Origin: Pedobacter sp. | Lineage (GTDB): Bacteria; Desulfobacterota; Desulfuromonadia; Desulfuromonadales; Syntrophotaleaceae | Direction of reading: 5' to 3' | Length of the DNA: 64,000 nt | Assembly: GCA_050253415.1 (NCBI GenBank) | Contig: JBFWJC010000002.1 | Span: 672,725 to 736,724 of the forward strand | Shown here: piece after piece, positions 1 to 9,016 of the stretch | Position numbering within the stretch: position 1 is the stretch's first letter | How the letters are laid out: every line of letters begins with the position of its first letter | Program-made: the position numbers and the translations under genes | Notes under the pieces: generated by a model | What the model saw: the letters and a program-made list of their open reading frames with translations, nothing else | Database searches by the model: none | Told to the model about the DNA's origin: nothing

Positions 1-105
1 CAGTGAATGGAAAATACAGACTTTTGACAATGTGGAGCGGTGCGGTCAGTCAATCCGCGAGGGTTGGGCCGCTTTGTCTGTCTTACTCACTAAAGGAGCA
101 GGGAT

Positions 106-360
106 ATGAACTGGATCATCTCGTTGATTATTGGCGGAATTGTTGGCTGGCTGGCAAGTATCCTGATGAAAATCAATTCCCAGATGGGTTTGGTCGCCAA
201 CGTGCTGGTGGGCGTGGGGGGCTCGATGCTGGGCTTCTGGATCGCCGGAGGTTTGGGTCTGTCGCCCACCGGCGGTATCCTGCGCTTCGTAGTCGCAATC
301 GCAGGTGCGGTCCTGCTGATCTTCATCCTGCGCAAGCTCGGTGTCTTTCGCAAGGCATAA
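106..360 (+). CDS. GlsB/YeaQ/YmgE family (transglycosylase-associated) small membrane protein
   Basis: 84 aa, three hydrophobic helices, IIGGIVGWLAS...NVLVGVGGS...AIAGAVLL pattern; AAGGAG RBS upstream. Confidence 0.9.
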   Translation: MNWIISLIIGGIVGWLASILMKINSQMGLVANVLVGVGGSMLGFWIAGGLGLSPTGGILRFVVAIAGAVLLIFILRKLGVFRKA

Positions 361-609
361 CACGGGTTCCATCAGAGATGGCCAGTGTCCAGCCTAATGT
401 GGACAGGCTGGTTCGCGACATGGAAAGCGCTTATTGCGCAGGCCGATGCGTTTATTGCGTCACTGCAGGCGGAATAAGTCATCGATCGGTTTCTTGACGG
501 AGACCGCCGGAAGGTTGTCGAATCCTTTTCGGTAGACTGAAATATAATGGTGCCCGTGAATGTCCCTGTGCGACGCGGCCGTAAGAAGTAATATTGAGAG
601 ACATCGCAA

Positions 610-1089
610 ATGACTATTTTTTTGTGGATTCTGGCCGGGCTGCTGGTGGCGTCAGGCCTTGCTGGCTTGCTGCTGCCGGCCCTGCCGGGGCCGCCGCTGA
701 TTTTCGCAGGGTTGCTGTGCGCCGCCTGGGCGGAGGATTTTGTTTATGTGGGGTGGCGTACTTTGACGCTGTTGGGCGGCTTGGCTCTGTTGGCCGTTGC
801 GGCAGACTTTGTTGCCGGAGCGTTTGGTGCAAAGCATTTCGGAGCTTCCTCCAAGGCCATGGTCGGTGCGGCCATAGGGGCGTTAATCGGCCTATTTTTA
901 GGGCCGCTGGGTCTGCTTCTTGGACCTTTTCTCGGTGCCATGGCGGGTGAATTGAGCGCGCGCGCCGATCTGCAAGCTGCCAGTCGCGCCGGAGTCGGAG
1001 CGGTCATCGGCCTGGCAGTGGGCACCGCTGCCAAAATGGCCCTGACTATCGCGATGATAGGTCTTTTTCTGGTCGTGCGCCTATTTTGA
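610..1089 (+). CDS. DUF456 family membrane protein
   Basis: 159 aa, hydrophobic; LPALPGPPL, GAKHFGAS and GPFLGA..GEL motifs typical of DUF456. Confidence 0.85.
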   Translation: MTIFLWILAGLLVASGLAGLLLPALPGPPLIFAGLLCAAWAEDFVYVGWRTLTLLGGLALLAVAADFVAGAFGAKHFGASSKAMVGAAIGALIGLFLGPLGLLLGPFLGAMAGELSARADLQAASRAGVGAVIGLAVGTAAKMALTIAMIGLFLVVRLF

Positions 1090-1253
1090 ATTAAGGTTAG
1101 ATGAGGGAACTATCCTGACACCGTGGGCGAAAGTCCGATTCTTTCGAGCCCCCTCTACGAGAAACCCCACCGAGTTCGTTCTACGGTTTTTTTAATGGGT
1201 AATTTTTTTTGGATGAAAGCTACGCTATCTGTTAAACTTGGCTCAATTCATGT

Positions 1254-1327
1254 GCGTCCGTAGCTCAACTGGATAGAGCACCAGACTTCGGATCTGGGGG
1301 TTGTAGGTTCGACTCCTACCGGGCGCG
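1254..1327 (+). tRNA. tRNA-Arg (anticodon TCG), CCA not encoded
   Basis: Acceptor stem GCGTCCG/CGGGCGC; D arm GCTC-AACTGGATA-GAGC; anticodon arm CCAGA-CTTCGGA-TCTGG; T arm GTAGG-TTCGACT-CCTAC. Confidence 0.96.
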
Positions 1328-1351
1328 TATTCCAAATAATTGTGATATTTG

Positions 1352-1385
1352 AAAAGCCCACCGGCGGTGCCGGGTGGGCTTTTTT
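1352..1385 (+). terminator. Intrinsic terminator after tRNA-Arg
   Basis: AAAAGCCCACC-GGCGGTGCCG-GGTGGGCTTTTTT hairpin followed by a T tract. Confidence 0.85.
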
Positions 1386-1570
1386 GTGTTTTTTGTCCCG
1401 TCCTGAAATAAGTTTACACCTAGGAGCCTTATTTCAGGCCGGGACATATGGATGGGTGATCTATGGAAAAGTGAGGCGATTGATCTTGCCCTCTTGACGT
1501 TCCGAGCCTTTTGCCTTTGTTAGGTGTCTTGGTCGTCGTCATATTTGTTACAATATGGATTATGGAAAAC

Positions 1571-2689
1571 ATGGGACTGAACAACAAGACCATTCCACGC
1601 GAGCAGCAGGATCGCGCCGAGGCAGCGCTCGCCTCCTTGTTTGTCGGCGATGCTCTGGCGATGCCGGTGCACTGGTTCTATAACCCCGACGATATCGAGC
1701 GTGCATTCCCTGGCGGCATCCGGCAGTTTGAAGCTGCTCCGGAATTTCATCCGTCGTCGATTATGTCGCTCCACTCGACCCGCCAAGGAGGTCGATCAGG
1801 TCGAGATCAACAACAAGATAGCGAGTCCCCGGAGATTGTCGGTCAGGTAATTCTAAAGGGGCGTCGGCACCTGTGGGGGCAGCCCAACCGGCACTACCAT
1901 CATGGCATGAAGGCCGGCGACAATACCCTCAACGCGCACTGCGCCCGGGTGTTAATGCGGTCCATCATCGCCAATAACGGTTGCTATAACCCAGATCGCT
2001 TTCTGGAAGCCTATATCGAGTTCATGACAGCAGACCCTCCACGTCACCGAGACACCTACGCCGAATCTTACCATCGGGGTTTCTTTGCCAACCTCATGGC
2101 AGGGAAGCCGCCACATCAATGCGGTGCCCGCACCCACGACACCCCGTCCATGGGTGGTCTGGTTACCATCGGTCCGCTGGCCATTCACGAATTTCTGCAG
2201 GGTTACGAGGTAGAGCGTGTCCAGGCGACCTGTCGAACGCATCTGTCTCTGACTCACCCCGATGAGGACCTCGGTAAGATATGCGATGGATATGTGGCGC
2301 TTATCGCTGGCCTGCTGATGCGAAAACCGGAGGACCCTCCCCAACCGTACCTTCTGACGGCGGCTCAAACTACGCTGGGCATCGATCTGAAAGCAATGGC
2401 GGCCAGTACCCGATCCGATCGCCAAGTGGTCGGAGGTACATATTCAACCGCCTGCTACATCCAGGACTCCTGGCCCAGCCTGCTTTACTTGGCCTTCAAG
2501 TACATGGACAACCCAAGAGCCGCCCTGCTGGCCAATACCAACCTGGGCGGTGAAAACGCGCACCGTGGAGCAGTGCTGGGGGGTGTTGTCAGCCTGGCTT
2601 GCGGGCAAACGGTCGATGAGTGGTTTAAGCAACTGTTGGATTACCGGACTATCAAGGCAGAAATAGGTGCGCTGCTGACCCTTGGATGA
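1571..2689 (+). CDS. ADP-ribosylglycohydrolase-fold protein (divergent)
   Basis: N-terminal FVGDALAMPVHW, C-terminal ANTNLGGENAHRGAVLG, LTH motif. Start uncertain (1562/1571; ORF open from 1511). Confidence 0.8.
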   Translation: MGLNNKTIPREQQDRAEAALASLFVGDALAMPVHWFYNPDDIERAFPGGIRQFEAAPEFHPSSIMSLHSTRQGGRSGRDQQQDSESPEIVGQVILKGRRHLWGQPNRHYHHGMKAGDNTLNAHCARVLMRSIIANNGCYNPDRFLEAYIEFMTADPPRHRDTYAESYHRGFFANLMAGKPPHQCGARTHDTPSMGGLVTIGPLAIHEFLQGYEVERVQATCRTHLSLTHPDEDLGKICDGYVALIAGLLMRKPEDPPQPYLLTAAQTTLGIDLKAMAASTRSDRQVVGGTYSTACYIQDSWPSLLYLAFKYMDNPRAALLANTNLGGENAHRGAVLGGVVSLACGQTVDEWFKQLLDYRTIKAEIGALLTLG

Positions 2690-2708
2690 TAAGTCCCAGA
2701 CAGACCCT

Positions 2709-3794
2709 CTATGGGATCTCTTTTTCGGCTCCGCAGTGCGAACAGTGCGGCAGCATGACGTGCCTTATCTTGTGGCAGGCCGGACATTCCTCAAAAAGGC
2801 TGCTGCCGCAAGAAGGGCACGAATAGACCTCTTCCTGATCGCCGCAATCGTTGGGCACAACGATTTTGTTGACGGTGCGGCGCGTCCAGAAAAGAAAACG
2901 GCGGGGGCCGGTGCGGATGGGGTATTCGCACACCGGGCACAGAAACCGCTCGTAGGCTTCCCGGTACTGCTTGACCAGCCACTGGGTTTTTGGGAAGGCG
3001 ATGGTGCGGATGAAATGAATCAACAGTCGCGCTACTACGATCAGCAGGCCACCGATGAGGATGTATTTAAAGTACTTGGACGGGAAGTACTCGTGAACCA
3101 CCAGGGTGACCTTGAGCAGGGTTGCCGCGCCAAAGGCCAGGTACATCGAAAAATAGATGCTGTGGCGCTTCTTGATAATAAGAAACGCGGCCGCCGCCAG
3201 AATCGGCAATAAGATCGCCAGTTGAAACAACGCCAGTTTCAGCCGATGCCTCTGGTGAAGGGCGTTGTACTCCGCCCTTGCCGGCTTGCGCTGTTTTTCA
3301 ATCTCTTGTTCTTGTTGATCCCGCTCCCGCACCAGCTCCTGCTTGCGTTCGAGCATGTCCGATACGGTCTGACTCAGTTCCTGGTATTTCCTCTGATTAT
3401 CCAAAAAGAGATTCAGGCTGCTGGTGAAGTTGGCCTGTTCCGTGTCGGAGAAGGCGATATTTTTTTGCATACCGAGTTTTTGCAGCTCGATAAGTTGGTT
3501 GATGGTCTGCTGGAGGTTGCGGGAACTGTCCCCAACGACACGTTGTTTTTCCTCCTGGTTGTCGATCTGGCGCGACAGATCGGCGATTTGATCCTCAAGA
3601 TCGCGGCGTTTATTGACGAGATCCTTGTCCAGGTGTTTTTGTTCGATATCGCTGTAGTTGGGGCCTGGAATGGACCGGATGTCATCGACAAAGAACCCAA
3701 GAGTCCAGAAAATGAGGACAGCAAGGATCACGGTGAAGAGTTTGATGGCAAAACGATGAATCCATGTTCCCTTTGATTTTGATTCGGTCTTCAT
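2709..3794 (-). CDS. Membrane protein with extracytoplasmic coiled coil and C-terminal double zinc ribbon
   Basis: N-terminal TM helix, ~140-aa heptad-rich segment, 3 TM helices, then CPVC/CPSC/CPAC/CSHC. Confidence 0.75.
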   Translation of the reverse strand: MKTESKSKGTWIHRFAIKLFTVILAVLIFWTLGFFVDDIRSIPGPNYSDIEQKHLDKDLVNKRRDLEDQIADLSRQIDNQEEKQRVVGDSSRNLQQTINQLIELQKLGMQKNIAFSDTEQANFTSSLNLFLDNQRKYQELSQTVSDMLERKQELVRERDQQEQEIEKQRKPARAEYNALHQRHRLKLALFQLAILLPILAAAAFLIIKKRHSIYFSMYLAFGAATLLKVTLVVHEYFPSKYFKYILIGGLLIVVARLLIHFIRTIAFPKTQWLVKQYREAYERFLCPVCEYPIRTGPRRFLFWTRRTVNKIVVPNDCGDQEEVYSCPSCGSSLFEECPACHKIRHVMLPHCSHCGAEKEIP

Positions 3795-3935
3795 TCTTTA
3801 CGCCCCCTTTGTGATTCAAATAACATTGCAGCTGGTTGTTGGCCGGTACAGCAGAGTCGATGCTGGGTTAAATCATGTGCAGTATGAACTATGAAAAAAT
3901 TAATCCGGTATCTCAGCTTAGCGTTGTGGATAGCA

Positions 3936-4565
3936 TTAACCATTGTAGAGATACAAAATCATCTTTCTTGCAGGACTTACAATGATTACGCCAATTCGGC
4001 CGTACGCATAGTAGCTACCAGGGCTGTTGATGATCCAATTCGCTTCTTCGGCTATCTCGGGTTTAATGTCGATACAAAAACCGTAAGCGCAGATGTAATC
4101 ATAGATGTTAAATGTTTTCGTTTTTTCGTTTGGCCCCCAGTGGTGCCCCGGTTTTATAGGAGTTTCTGACCAGTTGGAATAATCCCCTTGCCAACGTCTG
4201 TTGCGCTGATGTTGGTTTGGCGGCATGTTATGTAAGAACGCGATACCATGCTCTGTTATTTGCGAGGCTATTTCCTTCGATAGAGGATAGACCCTGATGC
4301 CGGCCTCGTTGCCACCCGGTCCAAACCCCCATGATTCTTCTTCCCGGTACGATATCGAATGTACACCCAGGGCATCCGGGATAAAACTAAGTAGAAAATT
4401 TCGTTCATAAATTTTGAAGGCTGCGAATGGGGCAGCCACAAGCAAAAGCATTACCAGCAAAAGCAGCAAAAAGTTGGATCGCGAGAGCTTTTTGTACGCA
4501 TAAATAAGCGCTGCAACGGTTGCTATGGGTGTCAGTAGAAAAGGTATGAGGAATATGTATATCAT
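3936..4565 (-). CDS. Hypothetical membrane-anchored protein
   Basis: 209-aa ORF in AT-rich segment with two N-terminal TM helices; no family recognised. Confidence 0.6.
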   Translation of the reverse strand: MIYIFLIPFLLTPIATVAALIYAYKKLSRSNFLLLLLVMLLLVAAPFAAFKIYERNFLLSFIPDALGVHSISYREEESWGFGPGGNEAGIRVYPLSKEIASQITEHGIAFLHNMPPNQHQRNRRWQGDYSNWSETPIKPGHHWGPNEKTKTFNIYDYICAYGFCIDIKPEIAEEANWIINSPGSYYAYGRIGVIIVSPARKMILYLYNG

Positions 4566-4778
4566 TTGTACTTCATGGCTGAGAGACTTTGCGGCACGAA
4601 GCTGCCGTAAAAAACCAGCTGAATCGAAGCGCCTGGCAGGAACCCCGCCTCTGTGAAAGATAAATATTTGTTCATTGGTAAGTTGAGAGAAATATTAATG
4701 CTTTTTCGGTCTTTTGGCAATGGGTGAGTAGCAGCGCATGGCCTTTTTTTCCATTGATGGTGCGCCTGTGAAAGGGAT

Positions 4779-5924
4779 TTAGGGGGCAACCCGCTTGCGC
4801 TCTTGGAACACGTAGTGGCACAGATGCCTGACCTTGTCTCCATGCATGCGGATCCTATCCTCGTCGAGATCCTGGGCCAGCCACTGGAGGATGATCCTGT
4901 CTTCGCCGTCGTGGATGTGGGGCATGAGTCCTGCGAAGAAGAACCCCATGTGCTCACATTCCTCCACCAGTGATGGCGCGTCGGGCGTTCCTGTCGGAAT
5001 AAATACGTACACCGCATTCATCGCCAGCCTTTGGCAGCAGCGGCGAGCGTCGTCGATGGCCGTGGCGACACCCCGGCCGATGGCATTCACGAGGATGAAG
5101 GCAACATTCAGGTCCGATCCCAGACGGAGTACGCTTAACTTTGGTGATGAGTCGGAGAATGTCCCGCCGGATCCCTGTGCGACGGTGCGTGGCAGGTCCA
5201 TCCAGCCGTAGATGTCGGTCGCGATGCCATGGTGCCAGGCCGGGAGGTAAATGGTACGGTGCGCCTTATTGATGGGGATATACTGGTTTACCGTGGAGCC
5301 TTTTTCCTGAACCGTTGAATCGGGTACGTTGGACTGCATGCCCGTGGCCGCGATGCCCATCATCAATCCGCACGGGAAGGCCCCGATCTCCTCCATGCCC
5401 TTCTGGGATGCTGTGTGTGTGGTCACCGAGCAGGCAAATACTCCCTCCGCGCCATGCGCTTTGGCGTATTCGAGCGCTGTCAGGCCCACTTGTTTGGACA
5501 ACCCGGCGCAGCGGTAAGCCAGGTCCATGAAGGCGAAGCCCATCTCGGGGACCTCAGGAGTATGGTACTTGAGTGCCAGATGGTAGAAGATGTTCCCCTT
5601 CGGCTCGGTGATTACGAAGAACACCAATTCTCCCGTGTTCAGCGATTGCTGGAAGGAGTCCACGTCATAGAGCAACCGTTCCTGGGTGTATCCGTAGCAT
5701 CTCACCGCCAACTGGCGGATGAGCGGGACGTCTTCCGCCGAGGCCAGGCGGATTATCGGTTCGCTCACGCGGATGCGGCGCTGTCGCTCGGTCCTCGGGT
5801 GTAGTACCTCTCGGGCCATGACTTTATTCTGCACAGGGCTCTCGTCATTGGCCTCCTGCAAACGATGCTCAGCAGCTTGCGGACGATGTTCGTTCGATTT
5901 TATCGGTAAGGTTTTGTTTTCCAA
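4779..5924 (-). CDS. GNAT-fold acetyltransferase-like protein (tandem GNAT domains)
   Basis: IRLASAEDV...EMGFAFMDLAYRCAGL acetyl-CoA-binding motif, CSVTTHTASQK, GFFFAGLMP; TTG start uncertain. Confidence 0.7.
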   Translation of the reverse strand: MENKTLPIKSNEHRPQAAEHRLQEANDESPVQNKVMAREVLHPRTERQRRIRVSEPIIRLASAEDVPLIRQLAVRCYGYTQERLLYDVDSFQQSLNTGELVFFVITEPKGNIFYHLALKYHTPEVPEMGFAFMDLAYRCAGLSKQVGLTALEYAKAHGAEGVFACSVTTHTASQKGMEEIGAFPCGLMMGIAATGMQSNVPDSTVQEKGSTVNQYIPINKAHRTIYLPAWHHGIATDIYGWMDLPRTVAQGSGGTFSDSSPKLSVLRLGSDLNVAFILVNAIGRGVATAIDDARRCCQRLAMNAVYVFIPTGTPDAPSLVEECEHMGFFFAGLMPHIHDGEDRIILQWLAQDLDEDRIRMHGDKVRHLCHYVFQERKRVAP

Positions 5925-6098
5925 GGTACGGATGTTTCCTCCCCGAAAGTTTAAATGATAATTGAAGGGCTACCACGGTCGATATCAGTCCAAGTATTAC
6001 CATAGATCGTGGTTGCAACGTGTGGATTCATGCCCCGGTTTGCTGACGAAGTGGTTTTTACTATTGTTTTTCATGGGACTCTGATCCCAGTGGCTTGC

Positions 6099-6938
6099 TC
6101 ACCCCAGTTCGAAACTGGTGATGCCGTAGATTTGTTCAAGCGGCAATACAGGTGGGGTGCCCCGGTAGATGCGGGCGGTTTCGAACACCATCTTCATGGC
6201 GTGACGTTCGACCAGTTGCTGTGCGGCCTGGTTGCAGACCGGGATGTCGAGAAACATCGGTTCGTCTTTCGCGAAGGAGGAGAGGGAACCGAACAGTTCT
6301 TCGGCGATGTCCGGAGTATCGGCAAACAGGGGGGCGATCTTGAAGCCCCGACGGCAGGGACGAATCACCCCATAACCATGCAGACGGCCGCCGGCCATAA
6401 CCGCCTGGCCATGGCTGCCGGGCTGGTTGATCCAGCTTTTCAGGAAGGCGGTGCGCGGCGCAGGGAAAAAACGACGGTCGTAGGAAACCAGTTCCGCGAA
6501 CGGCACATCCGCCAGAGCAACCAGATGCGACCCCGAGGCCCTGCCGATCCCCTCGTAGCGGGCGTTGCGGTGCGCGATTCGAAAACCGCTCAGGGCGTAT
6601 TTGTTCAACATGTCCACCACGCCGTCACCCCCGATGACCCGCTCTCCCATATGCTCCATCGCTGCATGCCATAGCGCCATGCCGATGCCTTCGTGACGCA
6701 GTTCGGGGCGCACGATGTAAAAGCCCATAAATCCGAAAGATTCATCGTAGGCAACCGCCGAGATGCACCCGGCCGCTTCGCCATTCACCTCCGCCATGAA
6801 GAAACCGCTGGGGTCGGCACAGTAAAAACTTTCCGCGTCATGCAGACCCGGATTCCATCCCTCCAATGCGGCCCAGTCTATGGCAAGGTCGACATCGGCA
6901 CGATTCATTCTGCGGACGGTAATGGTTGCTTTTTTCAT
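6099..6938 (-). CDS. GNAT family N-acetyltransferase (YitH-like two-domain)
   Basis: WAALEGWNPG, GFYIVRPELRHEGIG, KIAPLFAD, TSFELG terminus. Confidence 0.88.
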   Translation of the reverse strand: MKKATITVRRMNRADVDLAIDWAALEGWNPGLHDAESFYCADPSGFFMAEVNGEAAGCISAVAYDESFGFMGFYIVRPELRHEGIGMALWHAAMEHMGERVIGGDGVVDMLNKYALSGFRIAHRNARYEGIGRASGSHLVALADVPFAELVSYDRRFFPAPRTAFLKSWINQPGSHGQAVMAGGRLHGYGVIRPCRRGFKIAPLFADTPDIAEELFGSLSSFAKDEPMFLDIPVCNQAAQQLVERHAMKMVFETARIYRGTPPVLPLEQIYGITSFELG

Positions 6939-7104
6939 CGTGAACTCTCCTGTTGTTGTGTGTCTTATTCAAGGAGATTCATAAGCACGGAGTGAGCTGG
7001 AAGGGAACGAGGGGGCTTGCCCCATTCAACACGTCCCCACATGTACATAGGTTTACTGTATTCGGGTTTATCCTTATTGATGTCGTAGACCATGAGAATT
7101 GGTA

Positions 7105-7167
7105 TTGTCCGGGGACGTTGTTTATTAGTCAACTAGATAGTGTAATAGACAAATAAACAACGTCCCC
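7105..7167. repeat. ~63-bp imperfect palindrome, copy 1
   Basis: GGGGACGTTGTTTATT...AATAAACAACGTCCCC (16-bp perfect arms); near-identical copy at 8893-8954. Confidence 0.9.
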
Positions 7168-7197
7168 AAGGACCCCAAATGGGATAAAAACAGCCCT

Positions 7198-7809
7198 TTA
7201 TTTTAATGATTCAGATAGTTGTCTTGGCCCGTCCCCATCCACGACGGCTTCTCCTTTTGTCAGAGCTTTCTTGAAATCAGAATCCTCAACCAGAGCATTG
7301 ATGAATTCTCTGACAATAAACGGATAGTTATCGCGAGCTCGCGGGATGGCAATAGCCCCGACAAAATTGGATTCCCATTCATGGGTCGCGGTCAGGACCT
7401 TATCGTAGACGATTTCCCCCTTCTCCTTGATGACGAGATTGGCAGAGATATGTCCGCTGGCAGTTACGAACGCTGTGTCGATGTCATTTTCCATGAGTAC
7501 ACCGGAAATGATGCATGTTGCATCGTCGGCAAGCAACCCGGCCTTGTAAAGTTCTTCTTCAAGTGCAAACTTCAGGTACGATCCGAAAGAATCATTAACG
7601 GATGACTTGAGTGGGTTGCCGCGGACACTGATCAGGTTCAGGTTACTGCCTGAGACAGAAAAATCACCAAGGGCCACTTTTTTGTAATGACCCTTTTGCA
7701 GAGGCTCGTAATTATTGATAGACGCTTCATAGGGGGGAGTCCGCATTGTCATACATCCGGTCGCCAGCAAGGAAAACAACAGAGCCATAAAGAGCTTAAA
7801 AAGTTTCAC
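7198..7809 (-). CDS. Uncharacterised lipoprotein
   Basis: GTG start, signal peptide with lipobox LATG-C; 203 aa; AT-richer codon use. Confidence 0.75.
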   Translation of the reverse strand: MKLFKLFMALLFSLLATGCMTMRTPPYEASINNYEPLQKGHYKKVALGDFSVSGSNLNLISVRGNPLKSSVNDSFGSYLKFALEEELYKAGLLADDATCIISGVLMENDIDTAFVTASGHISANLVIKEKGEIVYDKVLTATHEWESNFVGAIAIPRARDNYPFIVREFINALVEDSDFKKALTKGEAVVDGDGPRQLSESLK

Positions 7810-7861
7810 AAGAGATCCTCAAGTGTATAGTTAATGATTAGCTACTGGATTACAAACCATC

Positions 7862-8833
7862 TTACAAATATAAGGCTGCAACCTCGATCGTATATTTATC
7901 GTTGGAATCATTACTTCCTTTTTGTAGCTTGCGCATAGTCTCCTTGATAAACTCCAGAGCTTCCGGTGTCCCTAAATCACCAATGGATTTCAACGCCATA
8001 TTTTTTTCCTGCCAAGGGGACGTTTGGTAAACCCCCTTGAGATAATCGAACTGCTCGATCGCGCCAATGGTGCCCAGGGAGGACAATGCCGCAATCCTAA
8101 CAACATCCTTCTCATGCTTAGTTAATTCGATCAGGTAAGGTATGGCGTGCTGGTTATTGCTGTATCCAAGTTTATAAACCTCAAGGTAACTCAACTCCGT
8201 AAAGTTATTTTTGATCCCATTCGCGATAGCATCAACATCAGCGTCGGAAATGTGGTAGTTCACAGTAAGCCGATTAATTTTGCTGGCAAATTCTTTAATG
8301 GCAAGGTCGATCGGGATGTTGTAACAGGGCTCGATAACTTCATTGAAACTCCAGACTGGAACTTTCCCGTTCTTGAAATAGGCGGTCACTCGGCTGATTC
8401 TCCCTTCCGCTACAACATCGGCGCTGATGGTCGTGAAGGTGAAGTAGGGCGAAAATCCGGAAGTCCGGTGGTTCCTGATCTGAAATTTATGCAGCTTTAC
8501 CATAACGCCTTCGCCAGTTTGACCGGCAAAGCTCACATTGGCCCCCCTCGCCTTAAGTTCTTTTGCAACATTTTTTTCAAGAAATGCTACCGGATCAATC
8601 GGTTGGCCCTCGTTTGCGAGAGTTGCCGGCAAAACGCCGACATGAAAATTCTGGTCGGCGGCCCGGCGTTCGTCAATGACATGGATTGATAGCTGATCGC
8701 TTTTGGCGTCAGTAAAACCTAAGGTAGAGGGGGTCGGCGTGGCCACTTTATAGTTAGCAGGTGCACAACCAATAGTCAGAGCAAGGGCGAAAATAATTCC
8801 TGCAAAAATAAGCGTTCGCAAGGTTCTGTACAT
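7862..8833 (-). CDS. Lipoprotein with YajG-like N-domain and C-terminal HEAT repeats
   Basis: Lipobox LTIG-C; VIDERR motif; C-terminal VRIAALSSLGTIG / ALKSIGDLGTPEA HEAT-like repeats; AAGGAGG RBS. Confidence 0.75.
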   Translation of the reverse strand: MYRTLRTLIFAGIIFALALTIGCAPANYKVATPTPSTLGFTDAKSDQLSIHVIDERRAADQNFHVGVLPATLANEGQPIDPVAFLEKNVAKELKARGANVSFAGQTGEGVMVKLHKFQIRNHRTSGFSPYFTFTTISADVVAEGRISRVTAYFKNGKVPVWSFNEVIEPCYNIPIDLAIKEFASKINRLTVNYHISDADVDAIANGIKNNFTELSYLEVYKLGYSNNQHAIPYLIELTKHEKDVVRIAALSSLGTIGAIEQFDYLKGVYQTSPWQEKNMALKSIGDLGTPEALEFIKETMRKLQKGSNDSNDKYTIEVAALYL

Positions 8834-8892
8834 TTAATCCTCCTTAAATGATGCATTGATCCCAGCAGGGATATTTAAAAAAAGATAAGGGG

Positions 8893-8954
8893 TTGTCTGG
8901 GGATGTTGTTTGTTAGTCAATAGATAGTGTAATGGACAAATAAATGACGTTCCT
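8893..8954. repeat. ~62-bp imperfect palindrome, copy 2 (degenerate)
   Basis: TTGTCTGGGGATGTTGTTTGTTAGTCAATAGATAGTGTAATGGACAAATAAATGACGTTCCT aligns with 7105-7167 in the same orientation. Confidence 0.88.
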
Positions 8955-8973
8955 GGGCACTTTCTCAACCCAG

Positions 8974-9016
8974 AACAAAGAAAAGCCGCCCACCGGACTA
9001 TCTCCGGTCAAGCGAC
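8974..9016 (-). terminator. Minus-strand intrinsic terminator-like hairpin
   Basis: Minus strand GTCGCTTGACCGGA-GATAG-TCCGGTGGGCGGC followed by TTTTCTTTGTT. Confidence 0.6.

Noticed and set aside
1128..1137. GAAAGTCCG resembling the RNase P RNA conserved motif
   Set aside because: No other RNase P elements, and the gap is far too short.
3891..4169. 92-aa plus-strand ORF with signal-like start
   Set aside because: Overlaps the longer 3936-4565 minus-strand ORF, which fits the orientation of its neighbours; cannot be supported independently.
4562..5017. 151-aa alternative-frame ORF bridging the GNAT gene and the hypothetical gene
   Set aside because: Mostly overlaps the GNAT CDS in another frame and lacks protein-like features; no evidence for a frameshift.
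7105..8954. Palindromic repeats as a CRISPR array or integron attC sites
   Set aside because: Only two copies 1.7 kb apart, no spacers or cas genes, no clear RYYYAAC/GTTRRRY cores and no integrase.
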